Of a DNA stretch of 64,000 nucleotides, positions 13,602-27,550 are shown piece by piece. This stretch comes from Marsupella aquatica. Its lineage: Eukaryota; Plantae; Marchantiophyta. Made by a program: the position numbers and the translations under genes. The DNA is taken from contig OZ316895.1 in the NCBI GenBank assembly GCA_973895155.1, positions 3,769,659-3,833,658 of the forward strand, written 5' to 3'. The notes under the pieces are model-generated. The model saw nothing but the letters and a program-made list of their open reading frames with translations. It had not been told where the DNA came from and ran no database searches. Every line of letters begins with the position of its first letter. Position 1 is the first letter of the stretch.

Positions 13602-15756
13602 TCCTGAGCTGAAATGACTGTCTGCTCCCAGGGTACCAGCTGACCCTGCTATCCCGCTCTCATCTCTTTCTCTGTCTTCCCAGAAAAACTCCTCGTCGAT
13701 TATCCCTTGACGAAAAATCGTAGCTTCCTGCTTCAGCTCCGGTTCCTGCTTCCACTGCTCCCCGAATAACTCTCCGATTGAAGACGCGATTGTGACGAGT
13801 TGAGAAGAACCGATCCGTGCAAGTCAGCTCACGGCCTGTGTCGGAGGGCCAGCTACAACTAAATATGCTGTGTGGCAGGGGCCTATATCACGCATGGCCG
13901 TCCGTGATTGCAACTTGCTCGTAACGATGTAGAGAATATCACCTTCTTCGAGTGCAATGTAACAACTAACGGCTACACTGTATCTATCGATTCTTAAACT
14001 GCTACACTACTCGAGTGTAGACAGACACATGGAAAATATTACACAATGGGGGTTGGAGGAGGAAAAAGAATAATATTGATAAGAATGAGAAGGCACTGCT
14101 GTCGTCAAGTTCACAAGAGGAGAAAGAGAAATGGAATGGAGAGCAAGGTACTAGAGAGCAAGGGACTAGAGAGAGTGAGGGAGGCAGGTGAAGCGAGTGT
14201 TTCCGAGTCGTCTTAGTTCAGACAAGACGAAGAAGAAACACAGGCCTCACGTGGATTTGCCTCCTACCCTCTCTCTGAACGTCCAGAGAGAAAGAGGGAG
14301 AGAGAAGGCAAGCACCTATCGTGCTAACTCTCCTGTCTCTCTCTTTCTCTCCCTCTCAAAGGGACTTCTACAACGCTTCCAAACTGTACTAACTGGAAAA
14401 CCTAGACGCCCATCAACAAGGGGACGACGAAAGCCTGCTAGAGACCAGGAGTCTACCTACGGGGCTCCGTAATGCACTAGATAGCTATTGGAAGCGAGCA
14501 ACTTCGAGAATCAGAAGAGGGCAGCAGAGAAGATCTAGAAAACTATCGAATCAGAGAGATAGTAATACCGAGCTAGGGACAAAATCTACTAACAATGAAA
14601 GCCGCCACGACCACAACAGAATGATGACCGCAAGAGATCCAACCCAGTAATGCCCACGACGACGGAACTGTCGGTTGCTGCTACTTGCTCCAATCCTTCC
14701 AAGAATTTCCTTTTGCGACACTGAACGAATCTTTACTACACATACACAGCGACACCGCCAATACTCGAAGTGACAATGCACAAGATGGTTGGCACTGCGA
14801 TCGACCTACCTCGCGAGCTGACTAGAGTTTCAGACTTGACTCACGAACAGAGAAACACTCCTGCTAGTAAATCTATGCTACACAAAAACTACTATGGCAG
14901 GTTGATTCAATATCTATCTACTCCTCACAAAGCAGCAGCTCTTGGGCTCTCCTCCTAAACTCCGCTTCTCTACTCTCTCCTGTAATGTGTGTGTGCGTGT
15001 GTCTCGCTCCTCACACTTCCCTTTCCAGTAGCGAGAGCAGCGCTTCCTCGAAAGTTGCAGACTTAAGGGGCGCACAGTAAAGGCCGCAGATTTGGGTAGC
15101 TGTCTGACCCCAGCGGTCAGGCTTACGGAAGCCTCTGAAGAGTGGAGTAATGACCTTGTTTATGATTCCCGAGTGACCAAAACCCAACCCCACCACGAGA
15201 AGTGCTGCGAGCAACCTCTGGATCCACGCTAATAACTCCCCCACCTCCGCCCCCCCTCCTCCTCCTCTCTCTCCCTTCGGGGCTTCGGTCGTTCCCGGCA
15301 CTGCCCTCGCTTGCTTGCTTGCCTGCCTCTGGACTGGACTTTGGATTGATTGCCGATTGCTCGCTCGTTCGTTCGCTTTACTTTGTTCTCTCTCCTTCTC
15401 AACAAAGCCAAAAAGGTGAGACCTTTTTCTTCCTCAATCCGCTCACTCACTCCTCACCTTCCTCCTGAACTTGTCATGCTCTCCTCCTGTGAAACTGTCC
15501 GCAGTCAGCCACCACCTCGAGCTGCAATTGTGCATGCAGACCAACATTCGGGACATGACAAAACGTAGCTGAAACGCCTCCTCCTCCACCACCTGTACTC
15601 CTGGTATTTCCGTAGTAGTGCATCCCTGCCGAGCCTATCCTAGCCAGCCTACGGAAGCTCGCCATAGCCTTGCTTCTCCATCCATCGCTCTAACTCTCTC
15701 TGCTGCATTCATCATGATTGTCTCGCTACATACTTTTTCCTGCTGTCTGGCCACCT

Positions 15757-16150
15757 TTTCCACAGCCATGGCCCATGGAAAGCAAAGTAAGTACAGCAAC
15801 AAATTAACTTGTAACAAGCAAGATTGTCCCAGCAAATTCTGTTTATTTATCATATCTCGCTAGGCTTGGCTCATCTGCCAGTCCAGCTAATTGCTCACCA
15901 GATTCCACAGCCATGGAAAGCAAGAGAAGTACAGCAAGACATTAGCTTGTAAGCAAGAATGTTCTAGAAAATTTTGTTTACTTGTCATATTTCTCTACCT
16001 TGGACTCATCTGTCAGTCCAGCTATTGCTTACCATATTCCACAGCCATGGATAGCAGAGTAAGTCCAGCACTACAATTAACTTGTAAGCAAGACTTTTCC
16101 AGCAAATCATGTATATCATCTATCGCTAGCCTTGGGCTCATGTATCCAAT
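15757..16150. repeat. ~135-bp tandem repeat, 3 copies, upstream of HD-ZIP IV
   Basis: ttccacagccatgg...cttgtaa(.)gcaaga...ctcat recurs at ~15758, ~15903 and ~16037. Confidence 0.85.
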
Positions 16151-16951
16151 ACTATCGTTTCCATTGCAACAGATTTTAATTTATTGTGGTGATTCAGCTC
16201 ATGTGTGAAAAAATCAAAATGTTGGGTTCTTTCTATAGTAAGATTTTTTTCATACATGATGGATTTACATGGCATTTGGCCCAACCGGTACACCCACCAC
16301 CCTTCCATTACACCTAGTGAGAGATTTGGCCTTCAACTAACACCAGCCTGATTAAATTTCTCTAGCAGTAGTGATCATCTCAAAAATCTCAAGAATAGGT
16401 TCAGGAGATGGAGGAGGGTAACAGAAAACCTTGCATAACCTTTGCCTCATCAATCAGTTTAGGCTATTAATTTGCTATATTTCCTTTCAGGGGACTCTTT
16501 CCTTGGAAATATTTTTTGTCCAATGGAATCTACATACTACCAATATACAGGGACATTGGTGCTCTACTTACACCATGCACGTCAGTATATACAGGGACAA
16601 TGGCACAACGTAGCTACATTACACTGGAGTCCTTATCCACAGTTTACTTAAACATCTACATAGTATGCTATGTCCCATGTTTTATACCCCTTACTAATGT
16701 CCCCTGAACGACTCGGTTGAACCCGTCTAATGACCTAGACTTTGCAAAAGGTTACGAAATTCATCATTGCTCCAGTCATCGGAAGCATAAACAGCGCCTA
16801 ATTATGTCCAGATGGCAACCCAGCTTTGCTCAAATTCCCCATTTTCTCTGATATTGTTTTCTTAACCAAACAATTCCATCTGGACGTGATTTGCAAGGCA
16901 TTTTGGCCTAACCCACTCACCCTTTGACCGCCCCGCACACCCAATGACAAA

Positions 16952-17020
16952 GGGGGACTTGAACCTGGGACCTGCTGGTCTCAAGTCCCAATCCCCTGGC
17001 CACTTGAGCTAGAACACTAG
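16952..17020 (-). mobile_element. tRNA-derived SINE-like remnant or tRNA pseudogene
   Basis: The minus strand has a Pol III A box (TAGCTCAAGTGG) and B box (GGTTCAAGTCC) at tRNA-like spacing, but the acceptor and anticodon stems do not pair. Confidence 0.6.
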
Positions 17021-20000
17021 GTTCCACTCAGGTGGTTAGTGCTTCACTATTTTGATCAACATTGTACACTTTTCTTCCCCCTCTTTCCCTATGTGCTGTG
17101 TTGTCCTCCTTAACCAACCCACCTACAGTAGCCTTCTCAAGTGCAGCTACTGAGGTGCTCTAGTTTATTGTACATGTACTAAAACACTGGACCCCAAAGC
17201 AACCTTAACCTCTGGGTCACTATTTTCCGGAAGCTGGTGGTAAGGTTACTATTACCTATTACCCAGTAAGTAAAACTCTGCCTCGCTCGAGGCTCAAGAG
17301 AATGATACAAATGGCTCACAAAACTAGTGAATAATATTTGGGGCACCCCATGGAACAGAAACATTCCCAGGTTTGGCCATGTTTGATGTTCCCATACTGG
17401 CTTCCAAAAGATCTTTCATCAGTTGATGTTTGCACCCACAAGCATGCCTCTCTTTTGCCTTGTCTTGTTTCATTCATTTAGCCTTCTACCCCCCCCCCCC
17501 CCCCCCCCAATCTCAAAACCTTCTTGTGCTCCTCATTCTGAATACACCAACCCATGACCACTTGTGAATAGTCAAAACTTACCCCTACCTATCTTCTACA
17601 GTTTGATGCATCCTGAAGTTTACCATTTATTGGATTAACCTAAGTGAATATCCATGTGTATGCACACGGGAAAGCTCCTTCTACCCAGACTCCCACACCC
17701 GTAAGCAAAGTCAAATATCAAAATCTCTGTTACTAGAGAAATTACTACCTATGGCTTCACTCTAGGGAATAGATCATGAAAAGTAGAATTATAATGGTAC
17801 AGATGTGCCATGGATAGACATAATTGGTCCTTGTGATGTATATGTCGTTAGTGGAGTACCCAAAAAACCTTGATGTTCAGTTTAACATAATTATGCAGAC
17901 CGGGATAATTGAAGGTCCATAAGATGCTGGGATTCAAGGGTAAAACCCTCCAGAAGAAGGAAGTTAGCAGGACTGGTCATTTCATGCAGTGAACTTGCAA
18001 AGAAAATTAAGCAGCGGGCAAACGAAAACTCTGCGAAATGGGAGAATGGTTTCTTCTTTGGCAATGTTGTCCCTGCCTGCGTCCCTTTCCGCATCTTGAC
18101 ATAGATGTTGCCCGCCTGGCCCTGCCTGATTGAAGACAACCCCAATCTTGATGCTCATTAGGAGCTTTGAGGGAATTTGACTGGCAATGTTTTGCCAGTT
18201 GAGTAGTCATTCAATCTCCCTGCAAATTACCACAACAGGTTATTTTTGTGGATTTTGGTGTATGTTCTCCTATTGCAATCTACCTTTGAGATTAGTTTGC
18301 CACCTGATTCAGCATTGGAGTCACCAGCTGTAGGAGCAACCTGACACCATTGTTTGCCAGTCCTGGAACTGCTCTAAATATTTTGCAACCCTGCCAAATG
18401 CCCATTCCCTTTATACTTGCCACTTGCCAGCACAGTAATGTATGCTAGAATTGTGGCGTTGCCATGGTATGTTACCCTTCACCATTTATAATTGCAGGTA
18501 CCGCAAGAAAAAATAGGATACTAGATACAAAGGCAAGGAACCAACATGGGTCAGAAGTACTACCGGCCACAATGCTGCGTAGACAAGGATGAGGTGGAGA
18601 TTAGTCTAATAAATATCCATGTTTTTCCCCTTAGCATTCCCTTTTGTGTGCACATTTAACATGGCTCGGTTTGGTTAATTCAGACAATCTTGGGTTTCTT
18701 GTGGGTTGCTGTATTAAGGATGCCCCACCCCCTGCATTCCTACTCCACGGCTTACTGGTCTGATTAACACTTGCCCCTGCCACCTTTTACTTGGGGCTTT
18801 GCTGAAAACAAAACAAAAAACTAGCCCAGACCATTAGGGCTAGCTCCATGCATCCCAAACTCCCATGCCCATCACTCATAAACAAAGTCTTCCCACAGTC
18901 ATAATATAAATAATATAGTTACCAGAAAATTGTGACCCGATGGCCTCACTCAGAGCTTTACCTATAGATCGATGATGAAAGACTATAGTATAAGTATGTG
19001 TATACTAGATTGAATGCCAAAATTTTCCTTATAAATAGATGGTGAAAACAGTATAGATACAAACTATTGATTTCCTTCAAACACAAGGCCATGGCATGTA
19101 TTCTACTAGTGCCACAGGGTTCTATATTATAGTGTGCCTGAGCCATTGTATAGGAGTCTGACTAGTTTTCCATCGTATGTACTTGCAGGGCATTGTGTTT
19201 AAAGATGGGTGTGGTATTGGAATGCTGCCTTTGCATTTGAACTCCTTGGTGACTGAACTTTGATGTTGTGATGTGATATCTCTTGTGCTACATGTATAGC
19301 AGTTTAGGGTGAAAACTTAACACAAGCTCAGACGCCGTGTTTGAGTTAAAATGTCCTTTTGTGATGGGACCCGATAATTCATTTTTGAATGCAACTGCAT
19401 GGTATGACTGCTGGAATGCTACAACAAGACATTAGGGCATCTCAAACTAGCTGTTACGTGAAGGTTTCCTGTGACCAAAATGCTACGGACTGGGTCGAGG
19501 ACCAAAAATCAGCTGCTCCTGCAAACCATGACCGTCAGTAATTTGGCCGGTCTTTGCACCGTCTTCCGCAAAAAAAATTGCTCTACACAAAATGCATTGG
19601 CACCCTTCAAGAATGGTCGGTGCCCTTTGAAACATTGATGGTGTGCACTGTTCTGCTAGGGTGTGGTGTGACCCGTCTCAAAGCACAACCCGGGCAAGGC
19701 AATTTGACCATAATTCCAGCTTTGGTCATGACCTCACATATTCTTTTGTCACAGCTATATGAAAAGTTTTGGGAATGTGCAGGTTTGAGAAGAATTATAG
19801 TGTACACCAGTTTCACCCTAACACTACCAGTGGATATGTTTCCACAGTCACTATCCAGAAGTTTTGCTATAGTGTAGTCTAACGATAAAGCTTTCTTACA
19901 TAGATCTTATGAGTAAAGTGTTCAATTCAAGAAAAAATATATAAATTGTTCTTCTAGTTTTTACTAGTGTGCCCCACATGCTGCCCGACCCGAAACTGCC

Positions 20001-23000
20001 GGTGTCCGAATAGTCACTTGGGTAGGTGTCAACAAACCAGACCGAGGAGAGAGGGCGCCAACGTGGGCAATTAGTAGTTTAGTACCATTCAAAGAAACCT
20101 ATTCGGAAGAGAGGGATTAACGTCAGAAATAAACTCCAAACAAACAAACGGACCTACAGTAGTCCTTAGGCATAATTATCATCACCTCCGCCATTTCCCA
20201 CTTTGGGGGCCTGCCCTCCTCCATCCTGTCGGTCACTCTCCTACCCGTACGCCGCAGTGGCCTGGGCCACCCAACGCCCGCTAGACACGTTTCCTTAGTC
20301 CCCCTCCTCCCCGGTCCCTTCGTTCCCCTTTGTACCTTTTTCCCAGCGGCCCTAAATCGCATACCTCCAATCCCTCTCTGCCCGCTGGCAACAAGATTCC
20401 TCGAATCCGTCCCTTTCCCGGCCTCCCCCATCCACATCACGATCTCCACTGACCAACCAGACCTCGCCCCCTCTGCCGCAAACAAGTCCCCGCGCTAGTG
20501 CCAATCGCCCGTACAGGGCTTTCTTGATCTCGTTGTTTTTTAATTGTTTTGGAATAAAACATTATTCCGAGGTGATAAATATTATTGTGTGAACCCGGGC
20601 TGCCCCGGCCCCGACACATCGGCCGCGTTCCGTCACTGGATGTCGGGGCCGCGCTAAAACAAACATTCTGAGTTCGGGCACCTAAATTTAGCGGCGCGGC
20701 GGGGACCGGATAAATTTAGACGTGCTGGAATCGCGTCACCGAGACGGGCAGGGAGTAAAGAGGCGGGAGATCGTACAGGTAACTTCCGCCGTCAAGGCGA
20801 GTCGACGGCGCGATCTCCGGGCAGCGGGACAGTGCAACAGTGGGCATAGGGGGTGGGATACTGGGATGCCCGTCTGCCCGGGCGCGTGCTGCCTATCTCT
20901 TTAATAAGGGCCTTGGCAAGGGTATTAATAAAACCGAGGGGAGGATACGCCAAACTAAGCTAGGTGAGATTGCGCCTTCAGGGTTCATCAGAGGGTCATA
21001 ATGGAGCGTACCTTTCCGTACTCTATATGCATTAGAGTTATGGCACGGTAGGAGAAGAATACCTTGTCCTCATTATGTGTGGAATAAAGTTGTCCATTCA
21101 AAAAATAAAGGAGGAGAGGGAGGGAGGAGGTCGCCATCCATCAGCCAGAGGGGGGGAGGGGGGAAAGAGGCCGGGTAATTTTTAATCGGGCTTATTGTTT
21201 TCCTGTCTGTGATGTCAAAGCAATAAATTACTGTCCAAATAGGCCTGGATAATCTGTCCAGAATAAGCTAAGTTTCTGGCCCTCAGATCACTCTAATTAA
21301 AGGGAGACCATCAGATTCTGGCTAGTGGGTTGGAGTCTGTGGGAAACTGGCTAATGGGAGGAAAGTGACTTTGGGTGAAGTGGATGCTGACGAAGTGGTG
21401 GTCCATAGGGGGGAGGTGGCAGGGTAAGTTTTGATTAAGCCTTATCTTTTTCCACCAGGGTGGCAAATATCACCTGGACACATTTACTTGATGTACCCCC
21501 AACATCACAGCTTTCTCCCTGACCGACCTCATGAGGTATTGGGTAGGGTGCTTTGAGGTCTATCAACTGTCTAAACTACTCGTGGCTTTGTCTAGTAACA
21601 TTTTTATATTGTCAGGGTCTATCAAGTAAAAGTCTGACATGGTCTGTAATGTGCAGGTAGGCAAAGATGCTAAGAAAGTTCCTTATCTAATGTTCTAAGT
21701 TAAGTCTCGAGCCCCTTAGATCTACCTAGGTTAGAGGATACCATCAGATTCTGGCTAGTGGGTCGGATTTAGGTAGGAAACTGGCTAGTGTAAGGAAGAA
21801 AGACTATTCCGTGAGTGATCAATTTTGGACCTGAAGGAAAATGCTAGGGGGACGGGGAAAGGGATGGATGGGGTATTTACTGTAGGTGGTGACAATGTGA
21901 TGCACTTCAAAGGATTTTGAGGAAAAGGGAGAAAGAGAGCTAGCATCCAAGAAAGGACTAGTGAGGGTCACAAATAGGCATATCCACACTTTTCCCATTT
22001 ATTCATGTGGGAGAGTCTTCCCATCAATGAGTCCCAAATTCTCTCAACGATCGAGACTTGTGTTTGCCATTGTTGTCCCCATCTGTGTCATACTTTATGC
22101 TCATAAATTCCTCTTTGGCTGGTTCCTGATCATCCCCGTTTTTCCGGTTGGGAATTTAATAACAGACAACTATAAATCACATTTCTCTGGACAAGAGGTT
22201 GGGGCAGCGTAATTTTTAAGGCTCCTCTTTTTCCCAAGATGACTAGTGTCGCCGTGTGTGTAGGAGAAATACTAAAAACATTCCTCATCTAATTTATTTT
22301 AGTAATCTGTAGGGTCGATCTTAATAGATTTAAGAATAATAATTACATTCTGGGCATGGCCACTGGGGTCAGTGGCTAGGTAACTGGCTCATTGCAGACA
22401 AGGACTTGTGAGTTCTTACCAAAAGTGAACGAAGGGTTCAAGTGCTGTGGAATTTGGCAAAATTTGTCACTAAAGTGAATTGAGTTTGGGGCATTTGTGA
22501 CTTTTTCATTGACGCAAAGTAAAGGGACACTTCTTTATCTAGACACCAGACCAAAAATCTTTTGAAACCAAGTTCAATAAATGAGAATCCCTTAAATGTA
22601 GGAACCAGAGTTTGGACATGTTTTCACCACCTTTGGGGATTGTTTAAAATTGTAAACAAAACAAGCACTTGACATGGCATTTCCTTGGGCCCATTGCTTG
22701 CCAAGGAGGATCAGGTGTTCTTGTAACGCAAACTATAGCAATTCTCACTCATAACACCATCCCTATTTCATCTCAAAGCAACAAAAGTAAGCAATGAGCC
22801 CCCTACATCTTGTGAAGCCACCTGAATCTTTGTTTTTTGGGAAAAGGGGGGAAATGTCTGGAATTCATTCACAGAAAAACCGTGAAGAGGCAAAAAAATC
22901 TTTGAGGAAACAAACTGGCATACAGCCTTGAGAAGTTGCCCATGGCAAAAACTTTAATGGGCAAAAAGCCGTTGTGTTGTCCTCCCATAGTGTAATGGCC

Positions 23001-25659
23001 AGTGGCGTTTCAAGGTATATGCTTGATGGGACCCTAGCCAAAACAAATTTATGTGATGGGCCCCTACAATTTTTTGTTACAAATATGGGGTCTAGATGGA
23101 ATCACTATTAATGTATAAACGTGCACTAATAATTCTATTTTTCATTTTGTCTTTTCAATCCCATGATACAGCTTGAGCTATTCCCATTTGGGTCCTGTTG
23201 AACAACCTTAGATGCTATGGGAGGAGCTTTTCTTCGCCCAACAAAAGTGACAGCCAGCAAAACTTCCTATTTACCTATCCTAAATACTAACCTTGTTTCT
23301 TTTTATTAGCTTGAATGTATTGTTCTTTTGAAGAAATAAAGCTTTGAAGAGCTGAGATGACAACTTACATCCTAGCCCAACCATCCAATTGTATGATCCC
23401 ATGTCTGATCAGTTTTTGATGATGAGCTTTGGGAGTTTAATTATCAAAAATTTTAGAAACCATGTGCAATCCAAAATATATATTTTTAATAGAAATTAAC
23501 AATATTTATAAAAAATAGTAAGAAGCAAAAAAAGGTATTATAAACTCATGTTCATAAAATATTCTCTAATATATACCTTTATAAATTAAAATAGGTTATT
23601 AGTATCAAAAATGAAAAATTTTCTTGGAACATTTTTTTATTAAAATAAGTATATTTATAGTAGGCTAGGATCGCACATGGTACCCCAAAATATCCCTTAG
23701 TTAACCCCCCAGTAATGGGCTTGAAGATATGATGCCATCATCAGAGGTTTTTAGGACCAGTATCGTTACTCTTGTCCCCAAACAACAACAACATATAAGG
23801 CCCACTCAATACTTTAAGTCCAACCTAAATACTTTGAAATCTTCAAATAGTCAAGCAAAAAGGTGTCTTAGTATACTCAGGATACTCTTTGCCCCCCCCC
23901 CCCCCAAAAAAAAAAAGAAAAAAACCAAAAACAAACCAAAAACAAACAAATAAACCAAAAACCAGACCTGGAAGCATATTTATGTGAAAAACCAGGAGAA
24001 TGTTGACTAAAGATCATAGGCTTAAAAAGAACAGCCTACTCAAAGTAATGCCCAAAAGAGATGCAGACTAGATTTCGGATGAGAGTGAAGTGTTCACCGT
24101 GAGTAGTGTTGGTACATAATTAGTGTTAGCAACCCAAATTTTGGTGAGCGTGACCTTGAGTCCAGTAACACTCATTCTCGCCAGTTTTTCAACATAGTTC
24201 TTTAATTTCCACTTTGTTTGAAAAGCCAGCACCAAAATGGGCTTCATAACAGAATTAGTGTGGGTAACACAAACTCATAGGTAGAGCGCAACATTTTTGT
24301 TATGGAAGTAATGAGAGTGACACTATCATGGTGAATAGTGTAGTTCATGAGTAGTTACTTGCTTCATCCTTTTTTTACTAGTCTGGTCTTGTACACTATT
24401 TGAAAGAGTAAACGACTTAAGTCTTTGCATGCTTCTACCAATCAAATGGTTATAGTAGTTTTTTTATTACTTATGGCATGGCATGGTAGACAGTGGACTT
24501 GCTACAGTCTGAATAAGTCAGAGGCCACCTGGCTTTTATCTCACAAGTGAGACTACTACATGAGCTCCAAGTCATTTTGCCATCCTGGCTCTGTTGCCTC
24601 AAATGAATGAGTTCTGTATGGGAGACAAAGGGCAGCCAACAAGAGATCAGATGTCCCACACACTCACCCACACATAAGCCAAAAGAAACCCTCACCTGTC
24701 TTTGGTCCCATACCTTTTTTCAAACGTGCAGGTCATGGGGTTGGGTAGAACCAGGAGAAATCCAGATGGTTCAGACTATTGAAATTGAAGCCAGGATGGA
24801 CCACCATGTTGAACACATTGTTCTTGTGAACCACATTTTGGAGGTCCATGGGAGTTTTGCGTCCATACCTTGGTGATTATGAGTCCCAAAAGAATTTTTA
24901 GATTCACATCTGCAAGGCAACTAGAGAAGAAGGAGACATGAAAAAACACAAGCCCAAATATTTCATGTTACCACAAAGAAGATTAATGTAATGAAATCCC
25001 CCCCCCCTGCTAGAGTTTAAGATGACAACTCAACCCAAATGGCCAAAAACTCACTCTCACATTGATAGAAGTGTAGCTCACCCTTTAGCATACTCAAACT
25101 AAATAACTATTTGATTCGATTTTGTGAGACCAACCTATTTGTTGATAAAAAAAACAGTGCCATATGAGTATACGTGGTTTTTCTTTGTGCCATTTGGGTT
25201 TCTCCGGTCCATGCCGGCATCTTGTCAAACGTTAATCTCCATGGGGTCCGTTTCTCACTTTGGCGAAAAAGGACAGTAAAAAAACCTTTAAAAGTCCCCT
25301 AAAGCGCATGAGGCGAGGAGGGGGGGGTGGTGGGCGTCAGAAAAATGATGAGTGCCTCCAAAGCCCATTGTAATTGAGCACCCAGCTGTGATTAGGGACG
25401 CGGCTTTGGGACGCGGCTTTATTAGTTCGCACCGTGTCCTGCAGCGCTGCCTGGCTGGGTAGCAGGCATTGGCTGCCGCGCACTGTACCTTGGGGACTGG
25501 GACTGGGATTGGCGGGCCGCCTGCATGCCTGCCTGCCCCCCCTGCCTGCTCCTCCCACTTCTTCCATCCGTGTCCTGCGGCCCACACGGGCCCTGTCCGT
25601 CCCTCCCCTCCCATCCCCTCCCCCACCGTGCTCTCGCGCATGCGCCACATTGAGTCCCC

Positions 25660-27550
25660 TGCCCAAAGATACCGTAGTGCCATCCTTGCGCCAAACATTG
25701 ATTATTATTGTGTTTACTTCAGTGAACGACTCTCAGTCTCTCATGGGGGCCAGAATAATTTTTTCTCCTTTCTCTTGAGAGTAACGCACAGATGGATCAC
25801 ACCAATGAACCTACTAGCCTCAATGGACTCGTTTCATGTCAAATAACTCAAGATGAGAGTAGTATTCTTCTAAAGGGAATGTGCTGATGAACCACTCTTG
25901 AGAACCTTGCAACCTGAATGGCCCCGTTTTATTTAGGTGAAATGAGATACCATAGTGCCGCTTGCGCCAAACATTGATTATGTTCACTTCAGTGCAGGAC
26001 TCTCACTCAAGGCCAGAATAATTTATTCTCCTTCTCTTGAAAGTAATGCACAGATGGATCCCTCCAATGAACCTACTAGCCTGGATGGACTCGTTTCATG
26101 TAAATAACTCAAGATGAGAGTAGTAGTCTTCTAAGGGGAATGTGCAGATGAACCACTCTTGAGAACCTTGCAACCCGAATGGACCCTTTTCAGGTGAAAT
26201 GACATACCATAGTGCCCCTTGCGCCAAACATTGATTGTGTTCGTAATAGTGGTCTCACTCAAGGCCAAAGTAGTGATATATTCTCCTTTTCTTGAAAGCA
26301 ATGTGCAGATGGATCACTCCCCTGAACCTCCTCACCTGAATGTACGTGTTTCATGTAAATAACTCAAGACTATCTGGAATAGCATTCTTCTAAAGAAAAT
26401 CTGCAGATATACCACTCCTGAGAACATTGCAACCCGCATGGCCCATTTCAATTTTGTAAACTGAGATAACATGGTGTGCCATCCTTGAGCTAAACATTGA
26501 TTGTGTTCACTTCGGTAAACTACTCTTGCTGAAGGCCAGAATAGTAATATGTTCTCCTTCTCTTGAGAGTAATGCGCAGATGATCACTCCTGTGAACGTT
26601 CTAACCTGAATGGACTTGTTATAACTCAATTCGAGAGAATTGTGCTCATCTAACGGGAATGTCCAGATAGACCACTCCAAGAACCTTGTAACCTGAAAGA
26701 CCCAGCTCACTTACGTCAACTAAGATACCATAATGCCATCCTTGCGCCAAACAATGATTGTGTGCTTTTATTGAGAGACATTCACTCAAGGCCAGAATAC
26801 TAGGGGGTCTCAAACCTCAACATTGATGGTCCTTAACTTAGTTATTAAGTTTACGGACAGAAAAGTTGTGGATGATCAAATTCACAATCTATAACTTTTT
26901 TCCATAAAGATGGATCACATGCAATGACCATAAGTCATTGTAGAAGTTACAATCAACTCCATTCAGGTTAGGAGGTTCACCAGAGTGATGATCCATTTCT
27001 GCATTACTTCAAAGAGAAGGAGAACATATTGCATACAAGCAGTGATAGCTTCGTCACAAGTTATGGAGAAGGTTTTTTCAGTAGAACAATATTCCAAAAG
27101 GGAATGTGTATATGGACCACTATTACGAACCTTGTAACTCACTCCCATGAACCATGTAACGAGGATGGACAGATGTTAATTCACTTTCTAACTCGAGGCC
27201 AGAATGTTAATTCACTTTCTAACTCGAGGCCAGAATGTTATTTTGCTGAAAGTGATATGAAGATGGACTTGGCTTCATGTCAGTAAATTGGTAACTCAAG
27301 GCCAGAATGTTATTGTGTCTAACGTAATGCACACATGGACCACTCACATGAAACCTTGTAACTGGGATGGACTTGTTTCATTTCAGTATATTAATAACTA
27401 AAGGCCAGAATCTTGTTGTTTTGAAAGTAAGGCGCACATGGACCACTCCCTTGAACCTTACAACTAATGGACCGGTTCATTTCAGTAAATAACTAAATGA
27501 AAGAATAGTAGTCTCCCAAAAGGAATGCACCAATAGACGGCCCCATAAAT
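25660..27550. repeat. ~265-bp satellite-like tandem array (about 5 copies plus degenerate subunits)
   Basis: cttgcgccaaacattgatt at ~25685, 25961, 26218, 26483 and 26741. Shorter aaggccagaat subunits continue to ~27500, including a perfect 31-bp duplication at ~27173-27240. Confidence 0.9.

Noticed and set aside
16952-17020. Functional tRNA gene
   Set aside because: A and B boxes are present but the cloverleaf stems do not pair; kept only as a SINE-like remnant.
25660-27550. CRISPR-like array
   Set aside because: Whole units are homologous with no unique spacers, there are no cas genes, and the context is eukaryotic.
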